Program-made: the position numbers and the translations under genes
Origin: Octopus bimaculoides
Lineage: Eukaryota
DNA length: 64,000 nt
NCBI RefSeq assembly: GCF_001194135.2
Contig: NC_068995.1
Span: 3,349,213 to 3,413,212 of the forward strand
Direction: 5' to 3'
Part shown: in pieces, positions 53,059 to 63,322 of the stretch
How positions within the stretch are numbered: the first letter of the stretch is position 1
Layout of the letters: every line of letters begins with the position of its first letter
Notes under the pieces: generated by a model
Told to the model about the DNA's origin: nothing
What the model saw: only the letters and a program-made list of their open reading frames with translations
Database searches by the model: none

Positions 53059-54589
53059 ATGTAAAAATATATATAAGTTATTCCTAAGAAATCAAAGTAG
53101 TTATTTTTTTTTTCTGTTTTTTTTCTTTCAACATTCACTAAAAAGTCAAGCAGAATGACATTTCTTCTCAAATTTTGAAAAAAAAAAAAAAAAAACGTTT
53201 TTTCCTCGATTTACCAAATGATAATTTGGTAGGTTATTGACCAAACAACATTCCATCATATTGCTATCATTTGATAATTCTCACAGGAAAACCATTTCGT
53301 AAGAACTTTCAAGACATGGCTCAGTGGTTAAGATCGTTGCTTTACGGTTACATAGGTTTGAGGTCTTGCGAATGACAGGTAGTTGATGGAACCCATGCAA
53401 GAGTACACTGGAAGCGCCATTTGTGTCTGTGTTCTTCGGGTGTGGATTTATTTCCATCATCCAGTTTAACATTGCCACATGGTTCTTGGACATCTTTAAT
53501 GGAATAAATACACTTTGTTGGAAGCATTCAGGCCAGCTAAGGCATTTGGTCTGAGAATCAGAACTTTCTCCTGCCACCCACCTATTGCAGGTCAGGTCAG
53601 GTCAGGTCAGGTGAAGTATGGGAACATGCACCATTGCACTGTGTCTCTACATTCATCATTTGTCAGTATTTGTTGAGGTCATCCCAGGTAACCTTCTGAA
53701 CAATGTCTTGGTCAGTCCCCATCTTTGTAAGATACGTCCTCGTCCACCTTGACCATGTCACATGTGGTTCACCAACATGAGTTGTCACCCCAGAATATAT
53801 GAAGAACTGAAGGGAAAAGTAAGAGACACATGAGTAACACTCTGGTGAAAGGAAGATAACCAGGTTGAGTGACTCAGACTGACTGAGTGGAGTGTGAAGC
53901 TGTTCTTTTCTTTAACCCAAAGTCAGCCCTCTTCCTGCTAACTTATGATCAAAAGTATTCTAGCCATGACCATCCTGTCTGTTTCACAATTTGAGGGAGT
54001 TTTGTTTGCTATATCTAGCAAGTTGAACGACCACATAAAACCTGGGGTGGTCCCTCTTTTTACATTCCACAGGTCCATAATTTCACACATGAGGTGAGAC
54101 GAACCATACAAGTCTTATAGCTTCATTCATTTCTTGTATAAAATATGTTAATGCATACAATATAAAATATATCATATTTTGTATAAATATATATATATAG
54201 ATGTGTGTGTGTGTGTATATATATATATATTATAACAATATTTAATATAAATTATACTAATATATGTAATATGAAATATCATATATTAATATATATTAAT
54301 ATTTATAATATAAAATATCTTTATATAATTATATATATGTATTTATATGTGTAATATTTATAATATATGTTAATATATGTAAATATATTCAACATTTTTA
54401 TAGGATATAAGGATTTAATATTAAAAAATAAAGGGAAAAAACCGAAATCAATGTAAGGGTAGTTGAATGAAACTTTGGGGTTTGTTTTGGTTGTCACCAA
54501 AGTGTTTGATGTTTGGAATAATATTAGTCTACTGAGGATGGAAGAGAATTCTTCAGATTTGAATCAGCCACAGATGAGATTGTTCATTT
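51789..54589. repeat. Long imperfect inverted duplication (arms 51789-52588 and 53827-54589, spacer about 1.2 kb)
   Basis: aaatgaacaatctcat..caaagtttcatt and gagtcactcaacctggttat..gtgttactcatgtg recur as reverse complements in the right arm; about 9 mismatches in the outer 140 bp by eye. Confidence 0.9.
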
Positions 54590-54786
54590 ATTCGTTTACT
54601 TGTTTCAGTCATTTGTCAGCGGCCATGGTGGAGCACCATCTTTAGTCAAACAAATCGAGTCCAGGACTTATTCTTTGTAAGCCTAGTACTTATTCTATCA
54701 ATCTCTTTTGCTGAACTGCTAATGTTACGGAAATGTAAACACACCAACATTGGTTGTCAAACGATGGTGATGGGGACAAACACAGA

Positions 54787-54831
<45 letters not shown>

Positions 54832-55389
54832 GATGGGCTTCTTTCAGTTTCCGTCTACCAAATTCACTCACAAGGCTTTGGTCGGCCCAAGGCTATAGTA
54901 GAAGACACCTGCCCAAAGTGCCACACAGTGGGACTGAACCTGGAACCATGTGGTTGGTAAGCAAGCTTCTTACCACACAGCCATGCCTGCGCCTACACAT
55001 TATCTTTTAATATGCTTTCCTTGCTGGCATGGGTTGGATGATTTAAGAGGATCCAAGGGTTCAGAAATTCATGTCATGCTCCACTGCCTGCTTTGGCCTG
55101 GTTCCTACAGTTGGCTGCCTTTCCTAATGCCAACCACTTAGTAGTGTGTGGATGTCTTAATTTTCTTGCCATGAGTGAGGTCACCTTTCAGCTTGCAAGG
55201 CTAAGTTCCCCATCAACTGAGTTGAGGCTGCATTAGAAAAGGGAGCTAGTTTTATGCTAGGAGATGGAAGGTTCGAGTATGAAGGGGTCAAAACGGGTTT
55301 GTTGCTCTCTCACTCTCTCTATAGGGCTACTCACATTATGCACACTTTTCAATAAGACCCCAGACTGCTGGCTTACGGTGTGTACTGAG

Positions 55390-55580
55390 TGCCTTTTATG
55401 TGGTGCCATCATGGGAGCTTTTTAGGTAGCGCCAGTACAGGTGCTCTTTATATGGGGCCAACATGGGTTTCTTTTATGTGGTGACAGCACAGGTGCTCTT
55501 TATGTGGGGCCAACACGGGTTCCTTTTATGTGGGGCCAACACAGGTTCCTTTTATGTGGTGACAGCACAGGTGCTTTTAT
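55390..55580. repeat. Minisatellite, unit about 26 bp (ttttatgtggggccaacacaggttcc variants)
   Basis: About 6-7 degenerate units visible. Confidence 0.8.
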
Positions 55581-56889
55581 AGTTTATCACATAAACACGT
55601 AGCCATTCAAACATTGTTGCTACCTTTCCAAATCCAGTTGCATTTCACAAGGAAGTTCTGGTCCTCCAATTTCATTTTGGTGTATAAGTTGACCTACTTC
55701 TTTGGTCTGAAAAACTGATCTGAAAAACTCAATTTGTAAGCTGGAAAATAGGGCAGACTTCTTTTCAATCAGTAACTTCAAATTTTCCTTCTATTTTAGT
55801 CTAATCTTTTGTTTTATAATGTTGATAAAGATCACCTTCTTCTTTATTATGAGAGAAACTATTTTTACAAACAATGCACAACAGTTTTCCGGAAGAACCC
55901 GCCATAAACAAGAACTTATTTTTCCCACTCTTTATTCAATTCACGTTTTGTATTAATTCCTGATTTTCTTTTGTTTATTTTTCTTTAGAATTTTAAAGAG
56001 AACAGTAAAACACAGACAAAGACAAAGTTTGATTTTAAAAAAAACCTAAAAAAAACTACGTGTCCCAATCTATTGACAAAAGACAAACTTTAAAATACAA
56101 TGTGGTAAAATAGAGGAGTGCCAATAGGAAACTGATCAGCAAAAGACTTGCGACAGACCAATTCTGACCTCCACCTCAGAATAAAACAAGCAATGGAGAG
56201 AAGAATTACACAGGACTGTGCCATGCACCATTTCTAAACACGCAATGTGCCACTGGTGGGGAGAAGTGCCATAATTTTTTCATTCCTCTTGTAGGGGTTC
56301 CTGTGTGCCACTTTGGCAGTTGTAGTGATGATGGTGGTGACAGTGGTGGTGGTGGTGGTGGTGGTGGTTATAGAGGGGATGGTGGGGTGGTTGCGACGGT
56401 GGTAGCTGTGATGTTGGTTATGGTAGTGATGNNNNNNNNNNGGGGGTGATGGTAGACGCCATGGTGGTGCTAGGGTTCAGATGGCAGTAATGGTGAGGGT
56501 TATGGAGGTGGTGGTGGTGATGAGAATTATAAGGAAAAGGATGATGATGATGATGATGATGGCAGATGCTACTGCAGCAGGTGCTGCTGCTGCTGCTGTT
56601 GCTGCTATCAACGGTGCCAAAGACACCAGAAGTTTTATTAGAATTTCCGCTGGAATCTAAGAGAAAAGACATGAAATCGATAGAAAACTGGAAGGAAATG
56701 TATTTAATGGTTTTCTTAGCAAGATTGGAAAGATTAGACTAAAATAGAAGGAACAACAAAAACAAAAAGAAAGAAACATTTCCTTCGTTGATTGTTAAAT
56801 AAACGCAAAATAAAGAAAAAAGTCTAATAAAAACAACACAAAAAAAAATTAGGAATAAAAGAAGAGATTAAAGAGAAATCAAGGTCATG

Positions 56890-56921
<32 letters not shown>

Positions 56922-57157
56922 ATGCGTGTGCATGCCTGTCTGAATGTGTGTATGTTGTGCGTGTGTGTGCATGTATGAGTATGTGTGTATGTGTGCGTGT
57001 GCAAGCATGTATGAGTATGTGTGTATGTGTGCGCATGTATGAGTATGTGTGTGCGTGTATGAGTATGCGTGTGTGTGCGTTTGTGTGTGTGCGTGTGTGT
57101 GCGTGCATGCATGTTTCAGTATGTGTGTGTGTGTGCAACTTTTAACTAGTAAATATT

Positions 57158-57299
57158 TACATTATTTACATTTGACGGATATTTGTCCTCATCTTGTTTG
57201 TTGCTAACACAATGTTTCGGCTGATGTACCCTCTAGCCTTCATCAGGGGATGTCGGGAAAATTCCGAACCTGGATTCTCATGCCTAATGTATTTTTCGA

Positions 57300-57352
<53 letters not shown>

Positions 57353-57496
57353 TCACTGCCTGGAATCAAACTTGGAATCTTGGGGTTAGTAGCCCGCGCT
57401 CTTAACCACTACGCCATATGCCCGTGGGCAATTATGGAGTGTTTGATTCCAGGCAGTGACNNNNNNNNNNNNNNNNNNNNNNNNNNNNNNNNNNNA

Positions 57497-57573
<77 letters not shown>

Positions 57574-57740
57574 CCTCGAAAAAATACCTTAGGAATGAGA
57601 ACCCAGGTTCGAAATTTCCCCAAAACACCTAAAGAAGGCTGGAGGGTATATCAGCCAAAATGTTGTGTTAGTAACAAACAAGATGAGGACAAATATCCGT
57701 CAAATGTAAATAGGCTACATAATTCCTCATCTCTTAAATA
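57158..57740. mobile_element. Head-to-head inverted dimer of a tRNA-headed SINE carrying a hammerhead tail, with 11-bp TSD
   Basis: TSD tagtaaatatt at 57147-57157 and 57741-57751; tRNA-like head on minus at 57351-57423 (A box TGGCGTAGTGG, B-box-like GTTTGATTCC); (ATT)n spacer; arms 57164-57370 and 57441-57711 are reverse complements; hammerhead remnants at 57206-57252 (-) and 57625-57669 (+). Confidence 0.8.
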
Positions 57741-58789
57741 TAGTAAATATTGTTGAACACATCTCTGCAAATGCAATGTTCATAAGCAATTTACTTTAAA
57801 TACAATGGAGAACCGGCAATGAGACTGTTTTTAGCAGATCCCCAAATGGGGCTCCTGGTAGGCAATGGGTTAAAGAGTGAGAATTGTACAGTTAGTATAT
57901 ATATATATATATATATATACAAGAAGGGTAGAGTCAGGTTGATGTTTAATGGGGTGAGAGTACAGAGGATGTACGGATGGTTTGAAAAGACTCCCAGCAC
58001 CTGTCTGGGGTGGGGAGTGGGGGGTAGAGAAATCTTTGACCACAAAAATATGACACAGAATTTGTGAATCTATTAAAGTGCATGTGTATGTATGTATCTA
58101 TGTACATGTATATATGCGTGTATATATGTATGTATGTTTGTGTGTATGTATGTGTTTGTATGTATATGCATACATGTGCTTGTGTATATATGTGTATGTG
58201 TGTATGCATGAGTATGTGTGTATCCATGTGCATATACATATATGTGTATGCATGTCTGTGTGTGTCTGTATATTTGTATAAATATGTATATGTTTGTGTG
58301 CTTGTGAGTATGCATGTGTGTGTGTGTGTGTGTGTATGCATATATTGGAAGCTGCCATGTGCATGAATGTCAGTGGATGTTTGAATGCGTGCGCAGTGGA
58401 CGTGCAAACGGGTGACGGGTAGCGTGTAGTCAGTGATGTGTGTCTAATTTTGTGAAATTATCTCAATTTATGAAATAGAGCAGGGTGGAGGGGAGAAAGG
58501 AAATGTGAGGGGGAAGGGACGAGGAAGAAAGGGCGAAAAAAGAGAGAAGGAGGAAGAGTGAATGAGAGAGAGAGAGAGCGACACACATGTACACACACAC
58601 ACACACACACACACAGAGGCACACAGGTAGATATAACTATATACAAGTTGATAAATATACATATGTGAGCTGGTGTATCTCACATACACATATATACACA
58701 TACATAGATACATACATAAGTACGTATGTACATTAATACATATACATACACTACCATCAAATAATCGGGGTATTTCTAAAGTGGGGTAG

Positions 58790-59960
58790 TTATTCTGAAA
58801 GAGAACAATCATCTTCTTCATCATCACCACTACCTCTAGCCAGTACCACCAGAAACAGCAGCAGTAGCAGCAGCAGCAGCACCACCACCACCACCACCAC
58901 CATCGTCACCATCACCTCCACCAACATCACCATCATCTTCAACACCATCATCATCATCACGTAATATTGCTGCCTCGCTCCTACTACCACCGTCACAACA
59001 ACAACAACCACTGCCACCGGCACCACTACCACCACTAGAAACACCTGCATCATCATCATCATCACCACCACTGCTATTATTGTTACCACCACCACCACCA
59101 CCACCACCACCACCACCATCACTGCTGCCGCCACCACCTCCANNNNNNNNNNNNNNNNNNNNNNNNNNNNNNNNNNNNNNNNNNNNNNNNNNNNNNNNNN
59201 NNNNNNNNNNNNNNNNNNNNNNNNNNNNNNNNNNNNNNNNNNNNNNNNNNNNNNNNNNNNNNNNNNNNNNNNNNNNNNNNNNNNNNNNNNNNNNNNNNNN
59301 NNNNNNNNNNNNNNNNNNNNNNNNNNNNNNNNNNNNNNNNNNNNNNNNNNNNNNNNNNNNNNNNNNNNNNNNNNNNNNNNNNNNNNNNNNNNNNNNNNNN
59401 NNNNNNNNNNNNNNNNNNNNNNNNAGGTGTGGTTAGCGGCATTGCTTCAGTTCGAGAGAGGGGCGAGGAGGGTGGTGGTGGTGGTGGAAGTGGTGGTGCA
59501 ATGAAGTAGGAAGATGGCAAAAAGGAGCAGGGATGCAGTGGAGGCGAAGATGACTGGCAGCGGTAAAAGTTGCTATGACTCATCTCTGTTCCTTGATAAC
59601 AACTGCGTTGCGTCAAAGTTCTTGTGACACCACCACCACTGACACCACCATCACCATCACCATCAACACTGTCATCACAGCTATTGTCACTAGCATCACC
59701 ACCTCCACCACCACTACCTTCACCATCATCACTGCCACTGTCATCATCATCATCACCATCATAGCTATCATCATCTAGAATCACTGCCTCCAGCACCATC
59801 CCCATCCCCACCGCCCTAATCATCAGCACCACCACAACCACCACCATCATAACCACTACTAGAATCACCACCACCATCACCACTACAGCCAAAACCATAA
59901 CCATCATCATCATCATTGTCATGACCCCCTCCCCCACTCACCACCACCATCCAATTCCAC
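58790..59960. repeat. GC-rich trinucleotide low-complexity tract ((CAC)n/(CAT)n/(CAG)n) spanning a gap
   Basis: Poly-amino-acid translations in all frames, no splice-consistent coding signal. Confidence 0.8.
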
Positions 59961-60592
59961 AACAAACCAGTTTTCTGTTCGTGCAGTATTTGCACCTATA
60001 AATGTACAAATGCACAAAATCCACCACCACCAATGTCACTACCACCTCCCCACAACAACCATCAATGTTACCACCACCACCACCAGCAACAACAACAACA
60101 ACAAGACCAATGTCACCCCCACCCCCCGCCATACATCTACCTGCACAAAGTGAAGAGGAAGGATTTTTTTGGTGCTGCTATTCACCAATTTTAATCAATA
60201 TTTTTTACTTCTTTGAATATCTTTTTTACAATTTTAGTTGGAACTTAACGTTTGAAAAACTAAGTCATTGATTTCTGAAAACACACACACACACACGTAT
60301 GTATGTGTGCGTGTGTGTGTATGCATCTTTTATTCTTGTCTTTGTTTCAGTCATTGGACTGTGGCCATGCTGGAGCACCACATTGCAAAGTTTAATGAAG
60401 CACATCAATCAAATGCTTATTTTTTCGTTCAAAGATTGGTACTTGTTCTATTGGTCTCTTTTGTTGATCAGGGACACACACACACAGAGCTTTATACCTA
60501 TACACATACACTACATACATATCTATCAATCTATCTACCTATCCATCTTTGAGATTACATAACTGATAAGAGTACAAGAAATTATATAATAA

Positions 60593-60709
60593 ACTTCATT
60601 AGCAAGCAGTTCATTTTTGAAGCTCTGATGAAGCTATAGGATGATATTCAAACACTCAACAATGAGTGCATAGCATCTTACAGCAGAAACAGCTGTAAGC
60701 TAATGAAGT
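60593..60709 (+). ncRNA. Type-I hammerhead ribozyme motif, near intact
   Basis: Stem I AGCT/AGCT, CTGATGA (60625-31), stem II GCTATAGGATG/CATCTTACAGC, GAAAC (60686-90), palindromic stem III ACAGCTGT, GUA cleavage triplet (A60697), distal stem I ACTTCATT/AATGAAGT. Confidence 0.75.
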
Positions 60710-61061
60710 GCATAACATAATCTCTTGTTATGCTTTATACTCAATTGATGCTTTTTCTGAAGCATTACATATATTGAGTCCTGACACCAAGTTATCAGTC
60801 TCACTATGCCTTAGTGAAATAATATTAACATGTAATACATATGTATGCATGACATCCTTTGACCATGGGTTGCCCCTAGAAAGTTCCCCTCCAAGGCACA
60901 AGTCTGGGCAAGATTGTTTTATGGAAGACCAGCAGTCGCCCATGCATACCAGCTTCCCTTCTTCACTCCACCGATGTCATCCAAAAGCGAGGCAAAGGCT
61001 GATACAGCTTGGTCCCAGTGATGTTGCAACTCATTTCTACAGCTGAGTGAAATGAAGCAAC

Positions 61062-61212
61062 GTGGACAGGTGCAAAAATAGTGGACAGGTGCAGACATTA
61101 GACAGGCACAGAGAACTAAGACAGGTGTAGAGATAGGAGACAGGTGTAGAGATGACAGACAGGTGGAGACTAGAGATAAAGCAGAGAATGAGTGAGCAAC
61201 ATGTGACAGGTG
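61062..61212. repeat. Degenerate repeat of about 19 bp containing six ACAGGTG motifs
   Basis: ACAGGTG counted six times, plus one acaggca variant. Confidence 0.75.
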
Positions 61213-61263
61213 TAAAGTGGTTGATGATCAGGTAAATTTAGAGACAGAATGAGGAATACTAAC

Positions 61264-61378
61264 TTTTGTCTGCTGCACATAGAAATGGATTCCATCTAAG
61301 ATAATGACTTGAGGACAGAGAACCGACTGGTGGATGGAGGCGCAGTAGTCATAGAGCTCAGGTAAGGTCTTCAGGTAC
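61264..61378 (-). CDS. SWSAP1: Exon of SWSAP1-like ATPase (ZSWIM7-associated protein 1, Shu complex): YLKTLPELYDYCASIHQSVLCPQVIILDGIHFYVQQTK
   Basis: ttcaactgcAG acceptor and AAA|gttagt donor; 115 nt, phase 2 to 0; Walker-B-like VIILDG preceded by the YL..L.EL..Y.AS.H pattern I recognise from SWSAP1 (no database search run). Confidence 0.8.
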
Positions 61379-61414
61379 CTGCAGTTGAAAATACACATCA
61401 ACAATGAGACACAA

Positions 61415-61499
<85 letters not shown>

Positions 61500-61879
61500 T
61501 AGTTCAAATTCACAGAAAACAAAAGATGAAGACAGGTGAGGGAATAACAAGCAGGTGTATTAGTTTTAACACTCAGGAAGAATGGAAATGTCTTTTACAT
61601 TTCGAACGTGTGCTCTTCGACAGAAAGGATTGAGAGGAAAAAAACAGGGAAAAGGAAAAAAAAAAACAGTGACAAAAATTGTAGGCGTTAATGGTTCAAC
61701 ACAGACACACAAATACACACACAAACGGGCTTCTTTCAGTTTCCGTCTACTAAATCCACTCACAAGGCTTTGGTTGGCCCAAGGCTATAGACACTTGCCC
61801 AAGGTGCCAAACAGTGGGACTGAACCTGGAACCATGTGGTTGGTAAGTAAGCTAATTTTTTGTATGACATTGTCAATCA

Positions 61880-62150
61880 GGTGTGAGAGCCCAGATCCAG
61901 CTGGTCTGAACATAAAATAGAATATTTGGACCAGACATAGGCTACTTTAAACGCCAATGGGTTAATCCTGGATTATCTCATAGCTTTGAAATTTCAATGA
62001 TGTAGACGTTAAACGATGATGATGATAACTGTTTATTTTTCAAACGAAATTGTAGGGTAGGTGTGAGAGGCTGGATCTGGCTGGTGTGAACATAAAACCA
62101 GTAGAATATTTGGGTCAGAAACAGCCAGTTTAAATGTTAAAGGTTTAAAC
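61880..62150 (-). mobile_element. Two partial piggyBac-like MITE copies
   Basis: ggtgtgagag..gatc..aacataaaa..gaatatttgg..tttaaa..ggttaa occurs twice; reverse complement of the 45535 left end. Confidence 0.6.
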
Positions 62151-62308
62151 ATGGCAAATTGTACAGCTTTAGCCGGAGACTGTTTAACTCTCCATGATGT
62201 AGAAGGACATTTTTAGCGCCAACAACAAAAACTACCAATGTCTAGCTTCATTAAATATATAAATCCAAAGATTTATTATCATTATCATTTTTATTATTAT
62301 TATCTCTA

Positions 62309-62352
<44 letters not shown>

Positions 62353-62975
62353 ATAACTGTTGGACTAATGGAAGGTTTGAAAGAATTAATGTATCTGCTG
62401 GTATAGAATAACTCTCACAAATCAATTATTCAGTTGATTTGGGCCGTTCTTGCAGACTTCTGTCACAACTCTGATGGTATTTCAACAGATAAAAAACAAA
62501 CAAACAAACAAACAAGAAACAGAAACAAAACAATTAACAACAAAGAAAAAAAAGAGCTCCATTCTACCAGATTGCATCACCTTCCCCAAAGTCACAGAAA
62601 TATCGACAGTTGTTGAATGGCGCCAGTCTAGCTTAGAACCAACCAAAGTAACAACAATGTCAGAGAGATTTCAAGACACGATGGGGTTTTTTTTTTCTTT
62701 TTTGTTTTGTTTTGTTTTGTTTTATTTCTTTTTGCTTTAAACATAAAACAATTTCAAAGAATTAATTTTCTGATAATGAAGGTAAAAACAGTCAACAGGT
62801 AAATAAATATATTCGATAAATTGTCTTTCGTTTTGGAATAGTTTAGTCTTAGAACCAGAGAACGAGAGCGGAACTGTTCTTATTTCTGTGAAGAAGTTGA
62901 GGCAAAAATATATCCTACTCTCCTCTTTTCCTCCTCCACCTCATCATTATCCACCATCACCACCTTTACCTCTTC

Positions 62976-63322
62976 CACACATGGTTCCGGGTTCAGTCCC
63001 ACTGTGTGGCACCTTGGGTGAGTGTCTTCTATTATAGTTTTGGGCCGACCAAAGCTGTGTGAGTGGATTTGGTAGATGGAAACTGAAAGAAGCCAGTCGT
63101 ATATATATATGTGTGTGTGTGTGTCTGTGTTTGTTCTCCCCTACTATCGCTTGACAACCGATGTTGATGTGTTTATGTCCCCGTAACTTAGCAGTTCGGC
63201 AAAAGAGACTGATCGAATAGGTACTGGGCTTACAAAGAATAAGTCCTGGGGGTCGATTTGTTCGACTAGAGGTGGTGCTCCAGCATGGCCGCAGTCAAAT
63301 GACCGAAACAAATGAAAGAATA
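62976..63322 (+). mobile_element. tRNA-derived SINE, family B (acatggttccgggttcagtcccactg..ggaaactgaaagaagcc..(TG)n..gctccagcatggccgcagtcaaatgac)
   Basis: Near full-length copy; homologous copies at about 1345-1690, 6730-6960, 11315-11460, 31455-31620, 46900-47040, 49540-49895, 54590-54990 and 61722-61850. Confidence 0.85.

Noticed and set aside
54525-54570. CTGAGGA followed by a GAAGA-gaat-TCTTC hairpin in both arms of the large inverted duplication
   Set aside because: No GAAA core or cleavage stem follows; at most an ancient remnant.
55615-55700. Possible minus exon TKEVGQLIHQNEIGGPELPCEMQLDLE
   Set aside because: Short, with a mediocre donor; inclusion would shift the frame between the two confident SWSAP1 exons; expected by chance.
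57351-57423. tRNA gene (ACT anticodon-like loop)
   Set aside because: Acceptor and T stems are broken and it is embedded in a repeat; it is a SINE head, not a functional tRNA.
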